From Syntrophales bacterium (GTDB lineage: Bacteria; Desulfobacterota; Syntrophia; Syntrophales; UBA2185): 64,000 nucleotides of DNA. The stretch spans positions 28,680-92,679 of the forward strand of contig JBEKXK010000001.1 of assembly GCA_049512055.1 (NCBI GenBank), read 5' to 3'. This document shows, in pieces, positions 48,260-57,364 of this stretch; within the stretch, counting starts at the first letter, position 1, and each line of letters opens with the position of its first letter. Position numbers and translations under genes: made by a program. The notes under the pieces are model-generated. The model did not search any database, was not told the origin of the DNA, and saw only the letters and a program-made list of their open reading frames with translations.

Positions 48260-49903
48260 ATGAAGGCAAAGATTTACAAACCAGGAGAAAGCTACGATTA
48301 TCCTCTGATCATCAAGAAAATTCTGGCTACGGGTATCATATACGGACAGAACCAGGAAATCGTCTATAGGGATAAGGTCCGGTATCGCTATCACGACATG
48401 CATGAGCGGGTTCATAGACTTGCAAACGGTCTTGCCGCCCTGGGAGTGGGAAAGGGCCATGTCGTAGGCGTACTGGATTTTGACAGCCACCGATACCTGG
48501 AGTGCTTCTTTGCCGTTCCCATGATGGGGGCGGTCATACATACCCTCAACTGGCGGCTCTCTCCCGCGCAACTTGTCTACACGATTAATCATGCCGAGGA
48601 CTCGGTCATCCTCGTTAATCAGGATTTTCTCCCGCTTCTCGAGGCGATTCAGGGTCACCTCAAGACGGTGAAAAAAATCATTCTTATGTCGGATGAAGGA
48701 AGGATGCCGGAAACAAAGGCCAGGATCGATGCAGAATATGAGGAGATGCTGCAGGCGGCACCCACATCCTACGATTTTGCCGATCTCGATGAGAATACAC
48801 GGGCGTCGATTTTCTATACGACGGGAACTACCGGCGATCCCAAAGGCGTGCATTTTACCCATCGCCAGCTTGTTTTGCATACCCTGGCAATGGGTGTGAA
48901 TGTGGGCAGCTACGAGACGACGGGACGGTTTAGATCAAACGACGTCTACATGCCGCTCACGCCGATGTTTCATGTCCACGCCTGGGGCGTTCCTTATCTG
49001 GCGACCATGCTGGGGGTGAAACAGGTTTATCCGGGGCGTTATGAACCGGAGGTCCTGTTGAAACTCATCCTCGGCGAGAAGGTCACCTTCTCCCACTGCA
49101 TTCCTACCATTATACATATGCTCGTTACAAACCCGATCGCAAAAAAATTGGACCTTTCGAAATGGAAGGTGGTCATCGGCGGTGCCGCCCTTCCCAAGGC
49201 ATTGGCGATGGCCGCCATGGAACTCGGGATACAGATCTATTCCGCCTACGGGATGTCCGAGACCTGTCCCCTCATCTCGGGCGCCAGCCTCAAAAGCACC
49301 ATGTTGAATCTGGACGAAGACAAGAAACTCGATATCTTTGTCAAGACCGGTCTTCCCGCACCCCTGGTGGAGGTGCAGGTCGTCGATTCCGGTGGAAAGC
49401 CCCTGCCCAGTGATGGTAGAAGTACCGGGGAACTGGTGATGAGAGCTCCGTGGCTTACAGCATCCTATTACAAGGACCCCGAGAAATCAAAATACCTCTG
49501 GAGGGATGGCTGGCTCCATAGCGGTGATGTGGCATACATAGATGACCAGGGATATGTCCAGATCACAGACCGCCTGAAAGACGTCATCAAGACCGGGGGA
49601 GAGTGGGTTTCTTCCATCGACCTCGAGAATCTGGTCAGCATGCATCCCGCTGTTTCCGAGGCCGCCGTAATCGGCGTACCGGATTCCAAGTGGGGGGAAA
49701 GACCGCTTGTGGTTCTCACCCTGAGAACGGAATTCAAGGGCAAGGTAACGGGCGACGACATGAAGGAGTACGTGAAGAAGATGTCCGAGCAAGGCAAACT
49801 CCCGAAATACGGCATTCCCGACCGCTTTGAGTTCGTCGACGCCATTCCACGAACCAGCGTGGGGAAAATTAATAAAGTGGAATTAAGGAAGTTGTATGCA
49901 TGA
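48260..49903 (+). CDS. AMP-forming fatty-acid/acyl--CoA ligase
   Basis: 'YTTGTTGDPKGV', 'YGMSET', 'GDVAYIDDQGY' and 'GKINK'. Confidence 0.9.
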   Translation: MKAKIYKPGESYDYPLIIKKILATGIIYGQNQEIVYRDKVRYRYHDMHERVHRLANGLAALGVGKGHVVGVLDFDSHRYLECFFAVPMMGAVIHTLNWRLSPAQLVYTINHAEDSVILVNQDFLPLLEAIQGHLKTVKKIILMSDEGRMPETKARIDAEYEEMLQAAPTSYDFADLDENTRASIFYTTGTTGDPKGVHFTHRQLVLHTLAMGVNVGSYETTGRFRSNDVYMPLTPMFHVHAWGVPYLATMLGVKQVYPGRYEPEVLLKLILGEKVTFSHCIPTIIHMLVTNPIAKKLDLSKWKVVIGGAALPKALAMAAMELGIQIYSAYGMSETCPLISGASLKSTMLNLDEDKKLDIFVKTGLPAPLVEVQVVDSGGKPLPSDGRSTGELVMRAPWLTASYYKDPEKSKYLWRDGWLHSGDVAYIDDQGYVQITDRLKDVIKTGGEWVSSIDLENLVSMHPAVSEAAVIGVPDSKWGERPLVVLTLRTEFKGKVTGDDMKEYVKKMSEQGKLPKYGIPDRFEFVDAIPRTSVGKINKVELRKLYA

Positions 49904-49959
49904 TAATCGGAACGGATCTTCACTTCCGAGAAGCGCTAAAAATACGAGGTAATAAAAAA

Positions 49960-51228
49960 ATGGAAAATGTGGTCATTCTCAGCTGTATCCGCACACCGAT
50001 AGGCGCCTATGGCGGGGCCATGAAAGATATTACGGTCTACCGGTTGGGTAGCCTCGTTTTGAATGAGGCTATAAGGAAGGCCGGCATCGAAGCCGCTGCA
50101 GTTGATGATGTAATCATGGGAACGTCCTACCAGAACGGGGAATGCGCCAACGGCGCCCGGATGGCAGTTCTTGATGCGGGTTGGCCGGATACTGTGCCGG
50201 GCGTAGTGATCGACCGGCGTTGCTGTTCAGGGTTGGAATCCATCTTCTATGGCACTTTACAGATCCAAACCGGAAATGCAGAAATTATCGTTGCGGGAGG
50301 CATGGACAGTATGAGCCAGGCAGAACTCTATATACCAGGTGATATCAAGTGGGGCCTCGGCGGTAAGAGCCATGACAAGTATGGGTTCATGCCTAGGGGC
50401 CACGGCGCCCTCGCCATGTGGGGCATCCCGCTCTACGACAGGATACAGCGCGGCAGGGTGATGTCGCAGCCCATGCACCGTTACGGAGAACTGAACTCCA
50501 TGATGTCCTGGGCGGAAACGGCGGCCAAAAGGGAAAATATAACCCGCGAAGAGGCCGACAGATGGGCATATCGCAGCCACAAAAGGGCTATTGCTGCATG
50601 GGATGGCGGGAAATTCGCACAGGAAATAGTACCCGTTCCTGTCGGAAAGGGGAAAGATGGAGGCATTATTTTTTTCAATACAGATGAGGGACCGCGTCGC
50701 GAAACGACCGTGGAAAAGCTTGCCAAGCTCAAGCCGGTTTACCCGGATGGGGTGTGCACTGCCGGCAATTCCTCTTCCGAGAATGACGGCGCTTCTGTCG
50801 TTGTCCTTGCATCGGAGAAAAAAGCAAACGAGCTCGGCGTTAGGCCGATAGCATATTTTCGCTCATGTGCCATTGCCGCCACGGATCCGATATTGACATA
50901 CCCGGCAGTGCCTGTCGCCGTTTCCAGGGCTCTCAGTAAGGCCGGTTTGAAGATCGATCAGATAGATCTCATAGAGGTGCAGGAGGCCTTTGCAGTCCAG
51001 ACCTTGGCCGACGCAAGGCTCTGCGGACTCAGCGAGGAAGATATGGAAGAGAAGGTGAATGTGAATGGGTCGGGCATTTCCCTCGGCCATCCGGTAGGCG
51101 CAACCGGTACGATGAGACTGACAACGCTCCTCCATGAAATGAAAAGACGCAATGCCCGTTACGGGCTGGAAACCATCTGCGGCGGCGGCGGGCAGGGAAT
51201 TTCTCTAATCGTGGAGAGAAAATCATAA
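49960..51228 (+). CDS. thiolase (acetyl-CoA C-acyltransferase family)
   Basis: 'RTPIGAYGG', nucleophile region 'DRRCCSGLES', 'GHPVGATG' and 'CGGGGQG'. Start moved to ATG 49960 (GAGG upstream). Confidence 0.85.
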   Translation: MENVVILSCIRTPIGAYGGAMKDITVYRLGSLVLNEAIRKAGIEAAAVDDVIMGTSYQNGECANGARMAVLDAGWPDTVPGVVIDRRCCSGLESIFYGTLQIQTGNAEIIVAGGMDSMSQAELYIPGDIKWGLGGKSHDKYGFMPRGHGALAMWGIPLYDRIQRGRVMSQPMHRYGELNSMMSWAETAAKRENITREEADRWAYRSHKRAIAAWDGGKFAQEIVPVPVGKGKDGGIIFFNTDEGPRRETTVEKLAKLKPVYPDGVCTAGNSSSENDGASVVVLASEKKANELGVRPIAYFRSCAIAATDPILTYPAVPVAVSRALSKAGLKIDQIDLIEVQEAFAVQTLADARLCGLSEEDMEEKVNVNGSGISLGHPVGATGTMRLTTLLHEMKRRNARYGLETICGGGGQGISLIVERKS

Positions 51229-51246
51229 ATCACCAAGGAGAACACA

Positions 51247-52404
51247 ATGGATTTTGCACAAACGCAAGAACAGCAAATGATTCGGGACATGGCAAAAAAT
51301 TTCGCCGAGAATGAAATCAAGCCATATGTCGAGGACGATGAAAAGAACCAGTACTGGCGCAGGGAGATATTCGAAAAGATGGCGGCACTGGGTTTCTTTG
51401 GTTTCTGTATCGACGAGAAATATGGAGGCAACGGCATGGGATTTCTCGAAGGGAGCTTGGCGATTGAGCAGGTTGCAAAGGTCCATACCTCCTGGCGGAT
51501 GGCCTTTAATATGCAGTGTTGGGGCCCGGCGTTGACAATCCAGAAATTCGGTACACAAGCACAGAAGGAGCATTACATATCCAGGTTTGTCGGCGGTAAA
51601 TTCATCGGGAGCTTTGCCATGACGGAACCCGATATTGGCTCCGACGTTGCCAGCATGCGCTGCCGCGCGCAGGATAAGGGGGATCATTTTCTCTTGAACG
51701 GTACCAAGATGTTCATAACCAATGGAACGATATGCAATCATGGCCTCCTTTATGTTAAGACGGACAAGGATGCCGGGGCGAATGGGATAACCTGCCTGAT
51801 AATGGATTACAGCCTGCCCGGCATCACCCGCCGGAAGCTTCATGACAAGGTGGGATTGTGTGCCTCCGATACGGCGGAAATCGCCTTTGAGGATGTCAAG
51901 GTTCCCAAGGAGCTTGTTCTCGGACAGATGAACAAGGGATTTCAGATATGCATGACACAACTGAATGCAACCCGTCTGGGCTGTTCGGCCGGCGCCCTGG
52001 GCCTTTCCGGCGCCATTCTGGAGCAATCCATTAAATATGCAAATGAAAGAACGCAGTTCGGAAAACAGATTGGCAGATACCAGCTGATTCAGCAGCAGAT
52101 CGCGGAAATGAAGATGGAGCACGAGTCGCTCGCGGCTCTGGTGTACAAGGCGGCCTGGCTGAAAGATAAGAACCTTCCGAATGTGATGGAGACCTCGATG
52201 TCTAAGCTCTACGGGGCAAAGATCGTCGTTCATGCGGCCAATGAATGCATGAAGCTTCACGGCTCCTACGGTTACTCCGAAGAGTATCCCTGCGGACGCT
52301 TCCTGCGGGATTCAAAGCAGTTTGAAACTCTCGAGGGGACTTCCCATATGCATACCATGATCGTGGCCAACGCGGCCCTCGGTTATGCCCCGAATAGGGT
52401 ATAG
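51247..52404 (+). CDS. acyl-CoA dehydrogenase (short/medium-chain size, 385 aa)
   Basis: 'FAMTEPDIGSD', 'NGTKMFITNG', 'RTQFGKQIG' and 'LEGTSHMH'. Confidence 0.9.
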   Translation: MDFAQTQEQQMIRDMAKNFAENEIKPYVEDDEKNQYWRREIFEKMAALGFFGFCIDEKYGGNGMGFLEGSLAIEQVAKVHTSWRMAFNMQCWGPALTIQKFGTQAQKEHYISRFVGGKFIGSFAMTEPDIGSDVASMRCRAQDKGDHFLLNGTKMFITNGTICNHGLLYVKTDKDAGANGITCLIMDYSLPGITRRKLHDKVGLCASDTAEIAFEDVKVPKELVLGQMNKGFQICMTQLNATRLGCSAGALGLSGAILEQSIKYANERTQFGKQIGRYQLIQQQIAEMKMEHESLAALVYKAAWLKDKNLPNVMETSMSKLYGAKIVVHAANECMKLHGSYGYSEEYPCGRFLRDSKQFETLEGTSHMHTMIVANAALGYAPNRV

Positions 52405-52436
52405 GATAAATACGGCCTGGACAGGAGAAGCAAATA

Positions 52437-54272
52437 ATGGAATTCAAATACGACTTGAGAGATTTGAAATTTATTCTGAAGGAATGGCTGCCTTCCGAGG
52501 AGGTATTTGCCTGCGACCGATTCAAGGAATATTTTAGCACTGCTGATATCGATATTGTTTTGAATGAAGTCTACAAGGTCGCGCGGGAGATCGTGAACCC
52601 CATAAACGCCGTCGGAGATAAAACAGGAGCCAAACTGGAGAACGGTATCGTGATACCCTCACCAGGCTTCAAGGAAGCATACCAGTTTCTTCAGCAAAAC
52701 GGATGGGGATCAAGCAGCGAATGTATAAAGCTTAACACAGGTATGCCTCTTATTCTTTACAAGGCCGTCTCTGAGATCAACCAGGCAGCATGCCCTGCTT
52801 TGACGTCCTACATTAAGCTTACCAGCGGAGCAGCTAATCTGATTCTGCGCTTCGGCACAGAAAAGGACGAATCCATGTTCTTGCAAAAGATGCTCACCGG
52901 TGAATGGCAAGGAACCATGTGCCTTACCGAACCAAACTTCGGATCGGATGTAGGAGATATTACGACGAGGGCATTCCCGACCAATGATCCCCGCCTATAC
53001 AAGATCAAGGGAACGAAGATGTTCATCACGGGCGGGGACGGCGGCCATTGCGAGAACACAATACACATGGTGCTGGCACGTCCGGAAGGGGGCGCCCAAG
53101 GCTCCCCGGGAATCGGCCTCTACATCGTTCCCAAGATGTGGGTGAATGCTGACGGTTCCCTCGGCAAACCCAACGATGTCAAGACAGCGCGCCTCGAGCA
53201 CAAGATGGGTCTCCATGCCCAAGCTACGGCCCTGCTCAATTTCGGCGACGACGACGAATGCTACGGAATCCGCCTCGGCCCGCCGCCGGACGAAAAAGGA
53301 CGTTCCCAGGGCCTGGCGATGATGTTTCACATGATGAATGAGTCCAGGATAGCCACTGGGCACAACGCCAACACTCAGGCGGCTGCGGCATACTATTTCG
53401 CATCCCAGTTCGCCACGGAGCGCATCCAGGGAAGACCGTTCGGGGTGAAGAACGCCGAGCGCATTCCGATCATAAAGCATGAAGATGTCAGGAGGATGCT
53501 CATTGATATGAAGGCGCATGTCGAGGGCATCAGGGCCATGGTCTTCAAGGCATTCTATTATCTCGATATTCAGACAAACTCCAGCGACACAGAGAGGGCC
53601 AGGAAGTTGGGCGAATTGGCCGAAATACTCACCCCGATGGTGAAATGCTATGGCAGTGAGGCCTGCCTCGGAATTATTTCCCAGGCAATTCAGATCCTCG
53701 GAGGGGTCGGCTATACCCAGGAATATCCGGTCGAACAATATCTCAGGGATTCAAAAATCCTGTCGATCTGGGAAGGGACCTCTTTCATTCACGGAAATGA
53801 CCTGGTGGGGAGGAAGATGCGTATGAAGGAGGGCTCTTCTTTTGCAAACTGGATGGCAACCATAAAGGGATTCATCGAAGCCAACCGGAATGCCCCCGGT
53901 TTCGAGAAAGAGATGCGTAACTTGGCCAGGGGCTACCAATGCCTGGAGGTAGTAAGAGCTACTTATGATTTCTGGTATGACAATATGGGTGAAAAAAAGT
54001 CACTCATACCCCTGTATGCGATAAAAGTGCTGTTCGTCTGCTCCCAGGTCCAGGTTGCCGAGTGTCTGCTTGAGCAAGCGCTGATTGCGAGGAAGAAGCT
54101 CGATGACATATCCGTCGATGCAGTCGATACAACATTCTATAAAGGGAAGATCGCGTGCGCCAGGTATTACGCCAACAACATATTGCCGAACGTTTTCCTT
54201 GCGACAGAGTTGATTAAAAATGAGGATGACACGATCATGGCTTGCCCCGAGGAAGCATTAATCGTCAGTTAA
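52437..54272 (+). CDS. long (FadE-type) acyl-CoA dehydrogenase, paralogue of 46280..48142
   Basis: 'GEWQGTMCLTEPNFGSDVG' and 'WEGTSFIHGNDLVGRKM'. Colinear by eye with the first long ACAD. Confidence 0.85.
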   Translation: MEFKYDLRDLKFILKEWLPSEEVFACDRFKEYFSTADIDIVLNEVYKVAREIVNPINAVGDKTGAKLENGIVIPSPGFKEAYQFLQQNGWGSSSECIKLNTGMPLILYKAVSEINQAACPALTSYIKLTSGAANLILRFGTEKDESMFLQKMLTGEWQGTMCLTEPNFGSDVGDITTRAFPTNDPRLYKIKGTKMFITGGDGGHCENTIHMVLARPEGGAQGSPGIGLYIVPKMWVNADGSLGKPNDVKTARLEHKMGLHAQATALLNFGDDDECYGIRLGPPPDEKGRSQGLAMMFHMMNESRIATGHNANTQAAAAYYFASQFATERIQGRPFGVKNAERIPIIKHEDVRRMLIDMKAHVEGIRAMVFKAFYYLDIQTNSSDTERARKLGELAEILTPMVKCYGSEACLGIISQAIQILGGVGYTQEYPVEQYLRDSKILSIWEGTSFIHGNDLVGRKMRMKEGSSFANWMATIKGFIEANRNAPGFEKEMRNLARGYQCLEVVRATYDFWYDNMGEKKSLIPLYAIKVLFVCSQVQVAECLLEQALIARKKLDDISVDAVDTTFYKGKIACARYYANNILPNVFLATELIKNEDDTIMACPEEALIVS

Positions 54273-54327
54273 GACAATATAGAAATGGGGGAGCACGATA
54301 AATATCTTTTGTGAAGCTCCAATAATC

Positions 54328-54612
54328 TTATTCCACCTTCTTTATCTTTTTCCCCATACGCCCGGACTCGCCTTGCCTGCAGTCCACTTTCATAGTCATG
54401 TATAACCGCGGGCAGTCCTTCTTTAGTTCATCCATGCAGCGCTTTACAACAAGCATGACCTCGTCCCATTCTCCCTCTATTGATGTCCCCATCGGACCTA
54501 TATGATGAGGCAGTTCGCTGTCCTTAATTATTTTAACCGCCCGCGATGCGTATTTGCTTACACTCTCCTCTTTACCACTAGGGAAAATTGAAAAATCAAC
54601 GATGACGCTCAT
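54328..54612 (-). CDS. MTH1187/YkoF-family (DUF77) thiamine-binding-like protein
   Basis: 'VDFSIFPSGKEESVSKYASRAVKII...HIGPMGTSIEGEWDEVM' fits the MTH1187 family pattern. Confidence 0.75.
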   Translation of the reverse strand: MSVIVDFSIFPSGKEESVSKYASRAVKIIKDSELPHHIGPMGTSIEGEWDEVMLVVKRCMDELKKDCPRLYMTMKVDCRQGESGRMGKKIKKVE

Positions 54613-54655
54613 AACAACCCCCCATTCCCACCCAGCATCCTTCTTAAACGGTAAG

Positions 54656-55315
54656 TCATTTAATCTTCTGGATGTCTTTTTCCTTAGCTATAACTACGAG
54701 TATCTCTCCGTCCTTCAGGACAAAATTGGCGGCCGGCACCATGTGAACCTGGTCTGTTAGCACGTCTTTCACGGCGATGACTTCGATGTGATATCTGCTC
54801 CTCAACTCAAGTTCACCGATGCTCTTCCCCAAAAAACTATTAGGCGGTGCAATTTCAAATATCATATAGCCCTCAGAGAGGGGAAGGCAATCGAGGACAC
54901 TCGGAGAAATCAGGCTCTTGGCAACTTTGCTGGCAACTTCCTTTTCAGGAATGATGACGTCAGTTGCACCAACCTTTTCGAGAATAAGTTTATGCTCTTC
55001 GTTGGGGGCTTTGACGATTATATGTTTGACCTTCATCTTTTTCAGGTGCAGTGTTATGAGCGTGCTGGCCGCGAGGTCTTCGCCGAAGGAGATAATGACT
55101 ACATCATCCTCCTGAACGCCGATATGATCCATCACCTCGTTGTCCGTACCATCGGCGACAATTGCCTTGGTGGCAAAATCTTTTAACCGATGGACGGCCT
55201 CCTTATCCTTATCGACGGCAATGACATCGAATCCATTTTCATATAATTCTTTGACGATATTGGAGCCAAAGATACCGAGCCCAACCACAATCACGCGCCG
55301 CGTTATTGAAGCCAT
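54656..55315 (-). CDS. ktrA: K+ uptake system NAD-binding subunit (TrkA/KtrA type)
   Basis: Rossmann 'VIVVGLGIFGSNIVKEL', RCK_N then RCK_C ('FEIAPPNSFLGKSIGEL'). Confidence 0.85.
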   Translation of the reverse strand: MASITRRVIVVGLGIFGSNIVKELYENGFDVIAVDKDKEAVHRLKDFATKAIVADGTDNEVMDHIGVQEDDVVIISFGEDLAASTLITLHLKKMKVKHIIVKAPNEEHKLILEKVGATDVIIPEKEVASKVAKSLISPSVLDCLPLSEGYMIFEIAPPNSFLGKSIGELELRSRYHIEVIAVKDVLTDQVHMVPAANFVLKDGEILVVIAKEKDIQKIK

Positions 55316-55327
55316 TACCGAACCTCC

Positions 55328-56680
55328 TTATCCAACCATGACAGACTCTTCCGCATATGTTAAGCCCTTTCTCGGTGAATACCAGGAGAAAGCGAGAGTA
55401 AGCGGCCCTACGCGCCCCGCAAACATCGTGAGGATGATAGCCAGTTTCTGGCCTGTACTCAGGGTCGGCGTTATGCCCATGGACAGTCCCACATTGCCAA
55501 AGGCGGATACTGTTTCAAAAAGATACTCCACAAAGAAGTGACGGCTCTCAAGGGGAGGTGAATCGCCTGTACCCCCTAACAACAGAAGAATGGACGTGAT
55601 GAGGGTGACCGAAAAGGCGGAAGCGAAGATGATGGCGATAGTTCGTGTTAGGATCTCCCCGGGGATAGTCCTGTCATAGACATTCACCTGTTCCTGTCCC
55701 TTCAGCCGATTCCAAATCATCAGGAGGAGCAGTGCGAAACTCGTTGTCTTAATGCCTCCCCCTGTTGAACCCGGCGACGCGCCGATAAACATCAGCATAA
55801 TAAGGACAAGGATTGTCGGATTTGTCAGATGACCGATATCAATCGTATTAAACCCTGCCGTACGGGGAGTTACAGATTGAAAAAATGATGTAAGAAGCTG
55901 CGTCTTGACGGGTGCGTCTTTCAGAATGTGATTCATCTCAAACAGATAAAAAAATGCGGCGCCACCGATGATCAGACTTGCTGTAGTTAAAAGAACTATT
56001 CTTGAATGTACGGAAATCTTCTGCTGATATCCCCTCCACTTGGAAACGACCTCATACTGGACGATAAAGCCTATCCCGCCAAGAACAATCAATGCCATGA
56101 TCGTGAGATTGATGATTAGATCATTCTGATAATGCACCAGTTTACCCGGCAGGAGCGAGAGTCCGCAATTGTTGAAGGCAGAAACAGCATGATACAGAGC
56201 CTGATAGAAAGCCCGACTGGGAGAAAAATCCTGTGAAAACCGGAGAAATAAGAAAAATGTCCCCGCAGCCTCGATGATAAAGGTGAGGCCGAAAACCCAT
56301 TTCATAATGACGAAGAAATCTCTTCGCGGGGTATGGAGAAATGCCGACTGGAAAATTTCCCTGCCCTTAAACGAAATGCCTCTCCCCATCAGCCCGAAAA
56401 GAACGACGGAGAATGTAATAATCCCGAGCCCGCCGATTTGAAAGAGACACAGAGTCACTATCTGCCCGCTCAAAGATAGATCCTTGCCGATGTCCAAAAC
56501 GGTAAGACCCGTAACACAAACTGCCGAGGCAGACATGAAGAGGGCGTCAACAAAATTTATTTGTCTGCCGATAGCAGAATAAGGCAGCCAGAGGAGAACA
56601 GCCCCTATAAATATCACCGATGCGAAACTGATGATGAAAAATCTCTGGGGTGATAACAGCTTCGATACAAACCGCTTCAT
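55328..56680 (-). CDS. ktrB: K+ transporter membrane subunit (TrkH/KtrB type)
   Basis: Polytopic ORF with repeated selectivity-filter-like 'TGLT', 'NCGLS', 'RTAGFN' and 'GNVGLS'. The ATG overlaps the lspA stop (ATGA at 56677-56680). Confidence 0.85.
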   Translation of the reverse strand: MKRFVSKLLSPQRFFIISFASVIFIGAVLLWLPYSAIGRQINFVDALFMSASAVCVTGLTVLDIGKDLSLSGQIVTLCLFQIGGLGIITFSVVLFGLMGRGISFKGREIFQSAFLHTPRRDFFVIMKWVFGLTFIIEAAGTFFLFLRFSQDFSPSRAFYQALYHAVSAFNNCGLSLLPGKLVHYQNDLIINLTIMALIVLGGIGFIVQYEVVSKWRGYQQKISVHSRIVLLTTASLIIGGAAFFYLFEMNHILKDAPVKTQLLTSFFQSVTPRTAGFNTIDIGHLTNPTILVLIMLMFIGASPGSTGGGIKTTSFALLLLMIWNRLKGQEQVNVYDRTIPGEILTRTIAIIFASAFSVTLITSILLLLGGTGDSPPLESRHFFVEYLFETVSAFGNVGLSMGITPTLSTGQKLAIILTMFAGRVGPLTLAFSWYSPRKGLTYAEESVMVG

Positions 56681-57171
56681 GGGCTATTCTCATGCTCCTT
56701 TGGGCGTTTAAACAATGCAAAAAGCATAATGAAGGCTCCAATGGTTATGGCCGAATCAGCAACATTAAAGGCGGGCCAGTGGTAGGCGTCCAAATGCACA
56801 TCGATGAAATCAATCACCTCTCCCAGACGCACCCTGTCAATGAAATTCCCCAAAGCACCGGACAGAATCAGGGAAAGGGCAAATATCATGAACGGTTCTT
56901 CAGTCTTGCTCTTGGCTATATAGTAGAGAACGAGTATTATGGCTAAGACCGTTACCGTCAGGAAGAAGACGGACCGAAAACCCGGTGAGGCACTGGCAAG
57001 AAAGCTGAAGGCCGCTCCCGGATTCCTGACATACGTGATATTCAAAAAGCCCCCTATGACCACAATCGATTCATGAAGGGACATATTCGAGTCGATGTAC
57101 GCCTTGGTAATGTAGTCGAGAAGCACCACGGCTGACACTGTGGCAGAGAGGATGAAATACTTTCTTTTCAA
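56677..57171 (-). CDS. lspA: lipoprotein signal peptidase (signal peptidase II)
   Basis: 'YVRNPGAAFS', 'GALGNFIDR', 'VIDFID' and 'FNVADSAI'. TTG start. Confidence 0.9.
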   Translation of the reverse strand: MKRKYFILSATVSAVVLLDYITKAYIDSNMSLHESIVVIGGFLNITYVRNPGAAFSFLASASPGFRSVFFLTVTVLAIILVLYYIAKSKTEEPFMIFALSLILSGALGNFIDRVRLGEVIDFIDVHLDAYHWPAFNVADSAITIGAFIMLFALFKRPKEHENSP

Positions 57172-57364
57172 GATATGTCTCCGCTATTTTAGATCCTTCT
57201 TCACATAAGAAGAATGGACTGTTTCGCCATTCCATGCAATCGCAGCCGCCGGATGTTCTTTCTACGCAGGGAGAAATCTAATTGGAACAGGCAGTGATCA
57301 AGATTTCTCGCTCCGCTCGAAATAACGGAATCGCAACTGCATACCGAGCGAAATGCAGGATGTG

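Noticed and set aside
51223-52260. 345-aa minus-strand ORF overlapping the 385-aa acyl-CoA dehydrogenase
   Set aside because: The plus-strand product has clear ACAD motifs. The antisense ORF is Leu/Arg/His-rich with no family resemblance. The same reasoning applies to 52995..53738, 48230..48880, 46525..47184, 21777..22403, 11292..12077 and 10634..11278.
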